From contig PWGJ01000059.1 in assembly GCA_003554445.1 (NCBI GenBank), positions 1 to 60,933 of the forward strand: DNA of 60,933 bases, read 5' to 3'. Below are positions 17,888 to 28,247 of the stretch, piece after piece (positions within the stretch are counted from its first letter, which is position 1; each line of letters begins with the position of its first letter). A program made the position numbers and the translations under genes. This DNA comes from Candidatus Nealsonbacteria bacterium. Its GTDB lineage: Bacteria; Patescibacteriota; Minisyncoccia; Minisyncoccales; PWPS01. The notes beneath the pieces were generated by a model. That model ran no database searches. It saw only the letters and a list, made by a program, of their open reading frames with translations, and had not been told where the DNA came from.

Positions 17888-19642
17888 ATGAAATCTTACG
17901 AATTAAGAAACAAGTTTCTTTCTTTTTATGAAAAAAAAGATCATGAAATTGTGAATTCGAGCTCACTCATCCCCGATGATGAATCGGTTCTTTTCACAAC
18001 CGCCGGAATGCAGCAGTTTAAACCTTTTTATGTACAAGGAGATTCTCCTTACGGTACCAGAACCGTTTCGGCACAAAAATGTTTTAGAACTTCCGATATT
18101 GAAGAAGTCGGAGATCAAGACCATCTCACCTTTTTTGAAATGCTGGGAAACTTTAGCTTCGGAGATTATTTCAAAAAAGAAGCGATTTTATGGGCGCAAG
18201 AATTTTTAATTGAAGAGCTGGGATTCGATAGAGAAAAACTTGTCTATACTTACTTTGAGGGCAACGAAGAGATACCGGAAGATAAAAAAGCTAAAAAAAT
18301 TCTTCTTGATTCCGGAATTTCGAAAAAAAAGATATATCCACTTGGAAGAGAAGAAAATTTTTGGGGTCCGACCGGAACTGAAGGGCCTTGTGGACCAACC
18401 GTTGAAATTCATTATGTTTTAAAGGATGAGGGTTGTGGACCCGATTGTGATCCAAGTTGTGATTGCGATAAGTTTATTGAAATTTGGAACCTTGTGTTCA
18501 ATCAATTTTACATGAATGAAGATAAGAGTCTAAAACCTTTAAAACATCAAGGGATAGATACGGGAATGGGTCTTGAGAGATTAGCCATGATAGTTCAAGA
18601 AAAGTCTCATGTTTTTGAAACCGATCTCTTTACGCCTCTCAAAAATAAAATTGACAGTTTGACGAATAAAAATGTAGATCAAAGGCCCAAAAGAATTATT
18701 GCTGATCATATCAAAGGGTCCGTATTCTTAATTTCTGAAGGGGTCACTCCCTCCAATACGGAGAGAGGATATATCTTAAGAAGACTTCTGAGGAGATCAA
18801 TGAGATACAGAAAACTTTTAGATTTACCTGAAAACTCTTTGGAAGAAGTAGCTGAGGTGGTTTTTGAAATATATGACGATTTTTATCTTGAAAGTGCAGA
18901 CAAGAAAAAAGTTTACAAGGTAATTGAAAAAGAAAGGGAAAAGTTTGAAAAAGCGTTGGATAAAGGGCTTAAGGAGTTTCGGAAAGTAACCGAGGACGGA
19001 TCTTTGGACGGCAGGAAAGCTTTTCATCTTTATAGCACTTACGGATTTCCGGTTGAGATGATTCAAGAGCTTTGTGATGAAAAAGAAATCAGCTTTTCAA
19101 AAGAAGGATTTGAAAAGGCTAAAAAAGAGCATATCAAAGTATCGAAGAAAGGAGCTGAAAAAAAATTCGGAGGAGTTAGTAAAGATCCGGAAGAGGAAGA
19201 GTTAAAATTACATACGGCTACCCACTTATTGCATGAAGCGCTAAGGAGAGTCTTGGGAGATCATGTAAAGCAAGAGGGGTCCGACATAAATCCCAAAAGA
19301 TTGAGATTTGATTTTTCTCACCATAAAAGCATGACGGATGAAGAGATTAAGGAAGTAGAGGATTTGGTTAACCGTAAGATAGAAGAAGGCCTTCAAAAAA
19401 AGATCGAGGAAATGTCTTATGACGAGGCCATCGAGGTGGGTGCTTTGAGCTTTTTTGAAAAAGAGAAATATCCCGAAAAGGTAAAGGTTTACAGCTTTGT
19501 TACCGATGACGGAAAAGTCTTTTCAAAAGAACTTTGCGGAGGACCTCATGTTGAAAATACCGGTCAATTGGGCAAATTCACAATAAAAAAAGAAAAATCA
19601 TCAAGCAAGGGAGTTAGAAGAATAAAAGCAGTTTTAAAATAA
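17888..19642 (+). CDS. alaS: Alanyl-tRNA synthetase, short form lacking the C-Ala domain
   Basis: 584 aa. It has the class II AlaRS N-terminus (FTTAGMQQFKPFY) and editing-domain HxxxH (HTATHLLH) and CxxxH (CGGPHV). It ends soon after the editing domain. Confidence 0.92.
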   Translation: MKSYELRNKFLSFYEKKDHEIVNSSSLIPDDESVLFTTAGMQQFKPFYVQGDSPYGTRTVSAQKCFRTSDIEEVGDQDHLTFFEMLGNFSFGDYFKKEAILWAQEFLIEELGFDREKLVYTYFEGNEEIPEDKKAKKILLDSGISKKKIYPLGREENFWGPTGTEGPCGPTVEIHYVLKDEGCGPDCDPSCDCDKFIEIWNLVFNQFYMNEDKSLKPLKHQGIDTGMGLERLAMIVQEKSHVFETDLFTPLKNKIDSLTNKNVDQRPKRIIADHIKGSVFLISEGVTPSNTERGYILRRLLRRSMRYRKLLDLPENSLEEVAEVVFEIYDDFYLESADKKKVYKVIEKEREKFEKALDKGLKEFRKVTEDGSLDGRKAFHLYSTYGFPVEMIQELCDEKEISFSKEGFEKAKKEHIKVSKKGAEKKFGGVSKDPEEEELKLHTATHLLHEALRRVLGDHVKQEGSDINPKRLRFDFSHHKSMTDEEIKEVEDLVNRKIEEGLQKKIEEMSYDEAIEVGALSFFEKEKYPEKVKVYSFVTDDGKVFSKELCGGPHVENTGQLGKFTIKKEKSSSKGVRRIKAVLK

Positions 19643-19646
19643 AAAA

Positions 19647-20891
19647 ATGACCCAAAAAATATACGACATCAGACCACCGGGAAAAGCGAGTTCCGGAAAA
19701 AGAAGAAACGGGAAAGAAAACAAAAAGAAGAGAGGAATCGGTTTTTTTGCTTCTCTTTTTACCGGATTAATATTGATTTCAGCAATTGTTTTCTTTTTTA
19801 GCTTTCGGGTTGAAATAGATATTTGGCCCGCAACTGAAGGTATTGAGCTGGAAGAGGTGGTCGAGGTAGATATTTCCGTCGATAATTTAGATGAAAAATT
19901 ACCCGGAACTATCTTTGAAACTGATTTTTTGGAAGATTACAGAGAGTTTGAAGCGACGGGAATAGAGGAATCCCCAACGGAAGCCACGGGAATGATTATC
20001 ATTCAAAATAATCATTGGGATCAAAACCAACCGCTTGTTGAGGGAACTCGATTTGAAGCTGAAAATGGTAAAATTTTTAGATCTAAAGACGGCATACTCG
20101 TTCCGGGTAGAACTTATCAGGACGGTGAATCCGTTCCCGGTGAAGTGGAAGTGGAGGTGATAGCTGATGAACCCGGCAGTGAGTACAATATAGAACCGAC
20201 GGAATTTACTCTTCCCGGACTCAGAGGAGCTCCTTCTTATGAGGGGGTAACGGCAATCTCCGAAAGTCAAATGACGGGTGGAGCGGTAGGAGAAAGGAAG
20301 GTTATCAGTGAAGAAGATGTTGAAAATGCTCGTGAAGAAGTGATTAGCTCTCTGATTGAAGAAGGGAGAAGTATTTTGGAAGAGGGGCGAAGCGACAAGT
20401 ATCTGCTTGAAGAATCGAGCCAATACGGATATGAGATCCAGCAGGAAGAGATTAGCGGGGAGGTAGGAGAGTCGGTTGATAGTTTTAGTGTAAAAATAAG
20501 AGCCCGAATCGATGTCTTAACATTTGAGGAAGATCATTTCGATCAATTCTTAATTTCAAAAATTCTTGACCGGGTCGAAGGACCGGAAGAAGGTGGCCTG
20601 GAAGCGGAAAAATTGGTTTATGAAGATAGCTTGAGTTTTAATTATAAATTTATGGATATCGACTGGAATGAAGGTCTGGGTGAGTTGGATGTGGAATTTG
20701 CCGGAGAGGTTTATTCCGGGATAAATGAATCTCGTTTAATCGATAGAGCGAAGGGGTCTTCCAGAGATGAAGTCAAGGCGCTCTTGGAAAGAGAGGACTT
20801 TATAAGAGAAGCAAGAGTTAGGTTCAAACCTTTTGGTTTAGGTAATATTCCGGAAAATAGTGATAGGATAAGAATGGATATTAAGTTTTAA
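19647..20891 (+). CDS. Hypothetical membrane-anchored acidic protein
   Basis: 414 aa. A basic N-terminus and one TM helix (FFASLFTGLILISAIVFFFSF) are followed by an acidic remainder. No family recognised. Confidence 0.7.
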   Translation: MTQKIYDIRPPGKASSGKRRNGKENKKKRGIGFFASLFTGLILISAIVFFFSFRVEIDIWPATEGIELEEVVEVDISVDNLDEKLPGTIFETDFLEDYREFEATGIEESPTEATGMIIIQNNHWDQNQPLVEGTRFEAENGKIFRSKDGILVPGRTYQDGESVPGEVEVEVIADEPGSEYNIEPTEFTLPGLRGAPSYEGVTAISESQMTGGAVGERKVISEEDVENAREEVISSLIEEGRSILEEGRSDKYLLEESSQYGYEIQQEEISGEVGESVDSFSVKIRARIDVLTFEEDHFDQFLISKILDRVEGPEEGGLEAEKLVYEDSLSFNYKFMDIDWNEGLGELDVEFAGEVYSGINESRLIDRAKGSSRDEVKALLEREDFIREARVRFKPFGLGNIPENSDRIRMDIKF

Positions 20892-20899
20892 CCCCGGAC

Positions 20900-20927
20900 T
20901 TGATTTAATCATTATTTCGTTTATAAT
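20900..20927 (+). promoter_or_regulatory. Putative sigma70-type promoter for infA-rpmJ-rpsM...
   Basis: TTGATT (20900-20905), 16-nt spacer, TATAAT (20922-20927). Confidence 0.5.
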
Positions 20928-20979
20928 ACTCAACACGAGTTGACAGGAGTAATTTAATTTGTTACTATTTCAGACTGTA

Positions 20980-21198
20980 ATGGGTAAAAAAGAAAAGGAA
21001 AAAATAAAGGGAACCGTATTGGAATCATTACCAAACGCCCACTTTAAGGTGGAGCTTGAAGACGGAAGGGAAGTAAATGCCCATCTGGCGGGAAAAATGA
21101 GAATTCATAGAATTAAAGTTTTGCCCGGTGATACGGTAACCGTAGAGATGTCTCCCTATGATGATGAAAAGGGGAGAATAATATATAGAAAATCATAG
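20980..21198 (+). CDS. infA: Translation initiation factor IF-1
   Basis: The ATG at 20980 gives [32 protein letters not shown]..., the S1-like IF-1 fold sequence. Confidence 0.95.
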   Translation: MGKKEKEKIKGTVLESLPNAHFKVELEDGREVNAHLAGKMRIHRIKVLPGDTVTVEMSPYDDEKGRIIYRKS

Positions 21199-21202
21199 AA
21201 CT

Positions 21203-21316
21203 ATGAAAGTACGATCCTCAGTTAAAAAAATTTGCAAAGACTGTAAAGTCGTTAGAAGAAACGGCAAAGTTTATGTGCTTTGCAAAAACAAGAGACACAA
21301 ACAAAGACAAAGATAA
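21203..21316 (+). CDS. rpmJ: 50S ribosomal protein L36
   Basis: Not in the ORF track. It translates to [37 protein letters not shown] (37 aa, C-x2-C...C zinc knuckle) and sits in the canonical infA-rpmJ-rpsM position. Confidence 0.93.
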   Translation: MKVRSSVKKICKDCKVVRRNGKVYVLCKNKRHKQRQR

Positions 21317-21328
21317 TTTTTTTTAAAT

Positions 21329-21718
21329 ATGCCGAGAGTTGCAGGAGTTAATATACCAGATGACAAACAAATAAACGTTTCTCTGACTTACATCTACGGA
21401 ATAGGTAGATCTTTGGCGGATGAAATATTGAAAAAGGCGGGCGTAGACAGCGAAATTAAAGCGGGAGAAGCCGATAAAAAAGATCTGAGCAAGATAAGAA
21501 AAATAATCGAAAAGGATTATAAGGTGGAAGGTGAATTGAAAAGAGAAAGAAGAGAAAATATAGATCGATTGAAAAGAATCGATTGTTACAGAGGAAGAAG
21601 ACATAAGAAAGGCCTTCCGGTTCGCGGACAAAGAACCAGAACCAACAGCAGAACCGTCAGAGGAAATGTCAGAAGAACTGCCGGGTCGGGTAGAAAAGCA
21701 GCACCACAAGCTAAATAA
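21329..21718 (+). CDS. rpsM: 30S ribosomal protein S13
   Basis: 129 aa, MPRVAGVNIPDDKQ..., S13 family. Confidence 0.96.
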   Translation: MPRVAGVNIPDDKQINVSLTYIYGIGRSLADEILKKAGVDSEIKAGEADKKDLSKIRKIIEKDYKVEGELKRERRENIDRLKRIDCYRGRRHKKGLPVRGQRTRTNSRTVRGNVRRTAGSGRKAAPQAK

Positions 21719-21725
21719 AATATTT

Positions 21726-22181
21726 ATGGGTAAAAAAAGAGTAGCACAAAAATCAGAAGAAGAACTTCTCGAAGAAAAAGAGAAAAGGGAAAAAGCTATA
21801 AGAGAAAAAGAGAAAAAAGCTATCAAAAAATCACGAGTGAAAGCTGGTCGTGTTTATATTAATGCTACATACAATAATACCGTTATTACTCTCACTGACG
21901 ATAAGGGAGATACGATAGCTTGGGTAACGGCGGGAAGTTTAGGATTTAAGGGGACCAAAAAGGCAACTCCTTATGCAGCTTCCAGAGTTGCTACCGTGAT
22001 TGGTAATAAGGCTGAAAAGATAGGAATTCAGGAAATTGATATTTATCTCAAGGGAGTCGGATCAGGAAGAAATTCAGCGCTCAAATCTTTATCAAATAGA
22101 AAAATAAGAATTAAAAGTATAAAAGATGTAACGCCTATTCCTCACAACGGATGTAGGCCACCTAAACCAAGAAGAGTCTAA
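21726..22181 (+). CDS. rpsK: 30S ribosomal protein S11 with K/E-rich N-terminal extension
   Basis: ATG at 21726. The S11 core (GRVYINATYNNTVITLTD...PHNGCRPPK) is preceded by a charged extension of about 30 aa. The upstream part of the track ORF overlaps rpsM. Confidence 0.93.
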   Translation: MGKKRVAQKSEEELLEEKEKREKAIREKEKKAIKKSRVKAGRVYINATYNNTVITLTDDKGDTIAWVTAGSLGFKGTKKATPYAASRVATVIGNKAEKIGIQEIDIYLKGVGSGRNSALKSLSNRKIRIKSIKDVTPIPHNGCRPPKPRRV

Positions 22182-22810
22182 TGTCAAAAGAACCTAAATG
22201 TAAAAAATGCAGAAGAGCGGGTGTAAAATTATTTTTAAAAGGTACCAGATGCACGGGGCCCAAATGTGCTATGGTTAAGAAGAATTATCCGCCCGGAGAA
22301 AAAGGAAAAAGAAGAAGTAAAACTTCCGAGTACGGAAAAGAGCTTAATGAAAAGCAAAAATTAAGAAATTGGTATAATCTCAGAGAAAAACAATTTAAAA
22401 ACTACGTGATTGAGGCGATGAAAAGACAAGGAGGAGAAGAAGGATCGGGTGACATACTTATCAAAAATTTAGAAAACAGACTTGATAATACCGTTTATAG
22501 ACTGGGTCTTGCTGAATCTCGACCAAAAGCGAAGCAGCTGGTAGGTCACGGACTTATCTTTGTAAACGGAAGAAAGATTGACATCCCTTCCTATTCTCTT
22601 GAAGAAGGGGATGTGATTTCAGTGAACCCTAACAAAATAGACAGTCAGCTTTTTGAGAATTTAACCGAAAAATTGAAAGATCAAGATATTCCCAGCTGGC
22701 TATTTTTTGATAGAAAAAAATTGGAGGGAAAAGTTACCGGTGAGCCGGTTCCCGAAGAAGTGGAGCCGCCGGTTAGAATGACCTCTATTTTCGAATTTTA
22801 TTCAAGGTAA
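22181..22810 (+). CDS. rpsD: 30S ribosomal protein S4
   Basis: 209 aa with an N-terminal zinc-type CKKCRR...C..PKC and an S4 RNA-binding domain. Confidence 0.95.
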   Translation: MSKEPKCKKCRRAGVKLFLKGTRCTGPKCAMVKKNYPPGEKGKRRSKTSEYGKELNEKQKLRNWYNLREKQFKNYVIEAMKRQGGEEGSGDILIKNLENRLDNTVYRLGLAESRPKAKQLVGHGLIFVNGRKIDIPSYSLEEGDVISVNPNKIDSQLFENLTEKLKDQDIPSWLFFDRKKLEGKVTGEPVPEEVEPPVRMTSIFEFYSR

Positions 22811-22818
22811 TTTTCAAC

Positions 22819-23769
22819 ATGATGATTTCACTACCTTCAGACCCAAAAATTAAAAGTAAAGATGGAGATAAAAAGGCGACTTTTGAAGTCGAGTCACTCT
22901 ATCCGGGGTATGGAACGACGATAGGAAACAGCTTAAGAAGAGTCTTACTTTCTTCTTTGGAAGGAGCTGCCGTAACCCAAGTAAAGATGGATGATGTTCA
23001 GCATGAATTTTCCATTATTAAAGGAGTTAAGGAGGATGTGATAAACATTATTTTAAATTTGAAGCAGTTGAATTTTAAAGTTTTTTCCGACGAACCTCAA
23101 AAAGCGAGTCTTTCGGTAAGTGGTGAGAAAGAAGTCAAGGCAGAAGATTTTGATTTTCCAACACAAGTGGAAGTAGTGGACGGGCAAGCGCCCATTGCTA
23201 CGCTGACCAGTAAAGATGCAGAGCTTGAGATGGAGATTACGATTGAAAAGGGAATCGGGTTCGTATCTTCCGAAGAGATGAAAGAAGGTAAGGAGCAGGT
23301 TGGTCAAATTACCATAGACGCAATATTTTCTCCTGTAAAATCAGTTAATTTTGATGTTGAAAATATGAGGGTCGGAGAGAGAACCGACTTTGATCGATTG
23401 ACTGTAGAGGTGGAAACCGACGGAAGCATAACTCCCGAAGAAGCCTTTTCCAGATCTTGCGAAACTCTTGTTGAGCATTTCAATCTACTTAAAAAAGTTG
23501 CTCCGAAAAAAGAAAAGAAAAAGACAAAGGAGAAGAAAAAAGAGAAAAAGGAAAAAGATACAGAAGATAAAAAGGAGAAAGATGAAAAGAAGAAGACCGA
23601 TTCCAAAAGTTTGGATGAATTGGAACTTTCTTCGAGAGTTTTAAATATTTTAAAAGATAATGATTTAAGTGTGGATGATTTGTCATCGATGACCGAGGAA
23701 GATTTGAAGGATATAGACGGAATCGGGAAAAAGAGTGCTGAAAGTATTTTAAAAGCTGTTAACGGTTGA
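22819..23769 (+). CDS. rpoA: DNA-directed RNA polymerase subunit alpha
   Basis: 316 aa. The alpha NTD (GYGTTIGNSLRRVLLSS) is joined by a K/E-rich linker of about 40 aa to an HhH-type CTD (LELSSRVLNILKDN...GIGKKS). Confidence 0.95.
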   Translation: MMISLPSDPKIKSKDGDKKATFEVESLYPGYGTTIGNSLRRVLLSSLEGAAVTQVKMDDVQHEFSIIKGVKEDVINIILNLKQLNFKVFSDEPQKASLSVSGEKEVKAEDFDFPTQVEVVDGQAPIATLTSKDAELEMEITIEKGIGFVSSEEMKEGKEQVGQITIDAIFSPVKSVNFDVENMRVGERTDFDRLTVEVETDGSITPEEAFSRSCETLVEHFNLLKKVAPKKEKKKTKEKKKEKKEKDTEDKKEKDEKKKTDSKSLDELELSSRVLNILKDNDLSVDDLSSMTEEDLKDIDGIGKKSAESILKAVNG

Positions 23770-23778
23770 TTTTAATAT

Positions 23779-24126
23779 ATGTCCAGAGTAAAAAACAAAA
23801 GAAGATTCGGTAGAAAAAAGAGTCAAAAGAAGGCTTTAATGCAGGCATTGTCCAGAAGCTTGATTTTAAATGAAAGAATAAAAACTACCGAAGCTAAAGC
23901 AAAAGAATTGAGAGGTTTTGTTGAACCTCTTATAACGGCCGCCAAGGAAGATAGTGTATCTTCAAGAAGAAAAATCAGCAAGCATTTTGATGAGAAAACG
24001 GTCACAAAAATGTTTGAAGAAATTGGACCGAAGTACGCGGAGAGGCCCGGCGGTTATACCAGAATAATAAAAATAGGTCCCAGAAATTCTGATGGAGCCA
24101 AAGAAGTATTTATTGAATTAGTATAA
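23779..24126 (+). CDS. rplQ: 50S ribosomal protein L17
   Basis: 115 aa, L17 family (GRKKSQKKALMQALSRSLI...TTEAKAKELR). Confidence 0.94.
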   Translation: MSRVKNKRRFGRKKSQKKALMQALSRSLILNERIKTTEAKAKELRGFVEPLITAAKEDSVSSRRKISKHFDEKTVTKMFEEIGPKYAERPGGYTRIIKIGPRNSDGAKEVFIELV

Positions 24127-24137
24127 AAGCTTTAAAT

Positions 24138-24485
24138 ATGGAGAGAAAAACACATAAAATTGATGCCGAAGGTAAATCACCCGGAAGACTGGCTTCCGAG
24201 ATTGCCGTTTTGCTCAGAGGGAAAAATAAACCGACTTTTGAAAAACACAGAGATATGGGTGACCAGGTAGTGGTTGAAAATGTTGACAAACTGAAGTTTA
24301 CCGGAAAAAAAATAGAGCAAAAAAAATATTATCGACACAGTGGTTATCCTGGTGGCTTGAAAGAAGAAAGTATGGAAGAGCTGCTGGAGGAAAAGCCGGA
24401 AGAAATTTTAAAGCGAGCCGTTTTTGGAATGTTGCCCAAAAATAAACTTAGAGATAAGCAAATTAAGAGATTAAAGTTTAACTAG
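24138..24485 (+). CDS. rplM: 50S ribosomal protein L13 (short C-terminus)
   Basis: 115 aa, DAEGKSPGRLASEIAVLLRGKNKP...YYRHSGYPGG. TAG stop. Confidence 0.93.
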   Translation: MERKTHKIDAEGKSPGRLASEIAVLLRGKNKPTFEKHRDMGDQVVVENVDKLKFTGKKIEQKKYYRHSGYPGGLKEESMEELLEEKPEEILKRAVFGMLPKNKLRDKQIKRLKFN

Positions 24486-24486
24486 T

Positions 24487-24894
24487 ATGGCAAAAGATAA
24501 AAAGAAAAAATATTATGAAGGGATCGGAGGAAGAAAGACTTCCAGTGCCAGAGTTAGAATTTATCCCGGCAAAAAAAGTGACGAATACATTATCAACGAA
24601 AAAGAGGTTGATGAATATTTTCAAACAGCCAAGCAGAAAAAGCAGGCTAAAGAAGCTTTAAGTGCAGTCGGGGAAGAAGAGATGAACGTTTCCGTACTGG
24701 TAAAAGGAGGCGGTATGAATTCTCAAGCTGAAGCTGTACGCCACGGTTTGGCCAGAGCGCTTGAAGAATATGATGAAGATTATAGAAAAAAATTGAAATC
24801 CGCCGGTTATCTAACACGTGATGCTCGAAAAAAAGAGAGGAAAAAGCCCGGCAAAAGAGGTGCAAGAAGATCCCCTCAATGGAGAAAAAGGTAA
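24487..24894 (+). CDS. rpsI: 30S ribosomal protein S9
   Basis: 135 aa. The S9 family C-terminus ...RSPQWRKR is typical. Confidence 0.95.
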   Translation: MAKDKKKKYYEGIGGRKTSSARVRIYPGKKSDEYIINEKEVDEYFQTAKQKKQAKEALSAVGEEEMNVSVLVKGGGMNSQAEAVRHGLARALEEYDEDYRKKLKSAGYLTRDARKKERKKPGKRGARRSPQWRKR

Positions 24895-24920
24895 AGAAAC
24901 GGTTGAATTTAAGTTTTTTC

Positions 24921-24950
24921 AAATCACGGCTTTTGACCGTGATTTTATTT
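24921..24950 (+). terminator. Intrinsic terminator after rpsI
   Basis: AAATCACGG (24921-24929) pairs with CCGTGATTT (24937-24945), followed by a T-rich tail. Confidence 0.75.
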
Positions 24951-24977
24951 GATATTTTAACTGCGCTGTAATATAAT
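24949..24977 (+). promoter_or_regulatory. Putative promoter for murA
   Basis: TTGATA (24949-24954), 17-nt spacer, TATAAT (24972-24977). Confidence 0.5.
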
Positions 24978-25032
24978 ATAAGCAGATTTTAAGTTAATAA
25001 CAGTTCGATTTTCAAATTTCGAACTTTTCAAA

Positions 25033-26343
25033 ATGCCGGATAGACTAATAATTAAAGGTGGAAAGAAATTAAGTGGAGAAATCGACGTTCGAGGCTCTAA
25101 AAATGCTGCAACCCCGATGATTGCCGCTACTCTACTTGCGGAAAAAGGAGTTTGCAGAATTACCAATTTACCACTCATTGCTGACGTTTATAAGATGATC
25201 AGACTCATTGAGAGTATGGGAGCTGAGGTTGACTGGAAGGGTGAAAGAGAAATTGAAGTTGACGCTACTGAAATCGATCCCGAAAAAATGGATCAAAAAT
25301 TAGTAGCTCAAATGAGATCCTCAATTTTGGTAATGGGTCCTCTTATTGCTCGATTTGGAAAATTATCAATCAGACATCCGGGAGGATGCCTGATAGGGGC
25401 AAGACCGATAGATACTCATCTTAACGGCCTTAGAGACTTGGGGGTTGAGATAGAGACTGAAGAATTCGGGGCTTCTCAATCCAGTGATATGGCAGAGACA
25501 AAGAAGTCACATATGTATCACTTGAAAGCGGACAATCTTAAAGGAAAGGAAGTTATTCTGGATGAGTTTTCGGTAACCGGTACTGAAAATATGTTGATGA
25601 CCTCAGCTCTGGCCGAAGGAGAAACCACCTTGAAGATAGCTGCTGCCGAACCACATGTTCAAAATTTAGCCGACTTTTTGAATAAGATGGGAGCGGATAT
25701 AACGTCTGCCGGAAGTAATGCATATAAAATAAAAGGAAAAAGCAGTCTTGAAGGAGCTACTCACAGAGTTATACCCGACTATTTGGAAGCGGGAACTTTT
25801 ATAATTTTAGGGCTTGCGGCAGAAGGAGAGATAGTCGTTAATGATGTCCCTACTGATCACTTGGATTTAACTCTGTCAAGACTTAAAAAGTTTGGTGGAG
25901 ATATTGAAGAAATTGAAGATGGAATTATTCGAGTCGGAAACAGCGATTTGGAGATAGATAAAATTCAAGCAATGCCTTATCCCGGTATCCCTACCGATTT
26001 ACAATCACCTTTGGGGGTTTTAGCAACTCAAGCGAAAGGATTAACTCTAATTCATGATCCGATGTATGAAGGAAGACTTAAGTATTTGGAAGAGCTCAAT
26101 AAAATGGGGGCGGAGATAGTTATGTGTGATCCTCATAGAGCTATAATCAACGGTCCGACCAAGCTGCACGGCACCAAGCTTGACCCTCTTGATTTGAGAT
26201 CCGGAGCCGCTTTAATAATAGCGGGTATAATTGCTGACGGAACCACCATTATAAAAGATGTATCTCAAGCTGATCGAGGCTATGAAGAGATAGAAAAACG
26301 CTTAAGAAAGTTAGGTGTAGATGTTAAAAGAATTAAAGAGTAA
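25033..26343 (+). CDS. murA: UDP-N-acetylglucosamine 1-carboxyvinyltransferase
   Basis: 436 aa, EPSP-synthase fold family, with the active-site Cys context RHPGGCLIGARPID. Confidence 0.94.
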   Translation: MPDRLIIKGGKKLSGEIDVRGSKNAATPMIAATLLAEKGVCRITNLPLIADVYKMIRLIESMGAEVDWKGEREIEVDATEIDPEKMDQKLVAQMRSSILVMGPLIARFGKLSIRHPGGCLIGARPIDTHLNGLRDLGVEIETEEFGASQSSDMAETKKSHMYHLKADNLKGKEVILDEFSVTGTENMLMTSALAEGETTLKIAAAEPHVQNLADFLNKMGADITSAGSNAYKIKGKSSLEGATHRVIPDYLEAGTFIILGLAAEGEIVVNDVPTDHLDLTLSRLKKFGGDIEEIEDGIIRVGNSDLEIDKIQAMPYPGIPTDLQSPLGVLATQAKGLTLIHDPMYEGRLKYLEELNKMGAEIVMCDPHRAIINGPTKLHGTKLDPLDLRSGAALIIAGIIADGTTIIKDVSQADRGYEEIEKRLRKLGVDVKRIKE

Positions 26344-26348
26344 ATAAT

Positions 26349-27349
<1,001 letters not shown>

Positions 27350-27353
<4 letters not shown>

Positions 27354-28243
27354 ATCTGGTAGGGCACAAGAAGCAAAAAAAATTATTTGACAAGATGGCT
27401 TCTTCGGTAAAGATTCCGCATAATCTTCTTTTTGTGGGCCCCGAAGCGGTTGGAAAAAAGAGAGCAGCGAAAGAGTTCATTAAGAGGTTGAATTGTAAGA
27501 ATTCTGCCTGTGGTGAATGCGGAACTTGTCGAGATATTGAAAATGAAAGAGACAGTGATTTGCTTGTCATAAAAGAAAGAGAAGAGATAAAGATAGATGA
27601 TATCAGAGATCTTCAAAAAAGATTAGCACTAACCGGAAAGAGAAAAGATTCTTACAAGGCGGCGATAATAGATGAAGCTCATTTGTTAAACAGCCAAGCT
27701 CAAGCTTGTCTTTTAAAAACATTGGAAGAGCCGAAGGGAAAGGCTTTAATTATACTTGTAAGTGAACACCCACAAACTCTTCTTGATACGATTCTTTCAA
27801 GAATGTGGTCCATAAAATTTTCGCCGGTAGAAACCGAATTAATCAAAGAAGAATTAAAGAAAAGAGGAGCAGGTGAAGAAGAGGCCGAGAAGATATCCCA
27901 GCTGAGTTTTTCCAAGCCCGGATTGGCAATAAAGCTTTTCGAGGACAAAGAGTTCAAGAAAAGATGGGTGAAAAAGAAAGATGATTTAAATAATCTCCGA
28001 AACTCTTTTTTGGCAGAAAGATTCGAGTATGTCAAGAATTTGGCGAAAGATAGAAAAGAAGCTAAAGAGACACTTAAGATTTGGATTTCACTTTTAAGAA
28101 GAGAGATGATTGAAGATGGGGATGAGTCGGAGGTATTAAGAATTAAAAAAGCTTTGAAAGTTATGGAGGATATACTCTTTCTAACTTCAAAAACAAATGT
28201 CAATTTAAAACTATCTTTGGAAAAAGTAATAATTAATTTATAA
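27350..28243 (+). CDS. holB: DNA polymerase III delta' subunit
   Basis: 297 aa with a clamp-loader AAA+ pattern (GPEAVGKK, zinc module C..CGECGTC, LLKTLEEP, SRMW). Confidence 0.85.
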
Positions 28244-28247
28244 AATT

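Noticed and set aside
24483-24500. TAG read-through at the end of the short rplM (L13).
   Set aside because: Continuing in frame gives only four more codons (YGKR) before TAA, without L13 similarity. The rpsI ATG starts 1 nt after the TAG, so this is consistent with a true stop.
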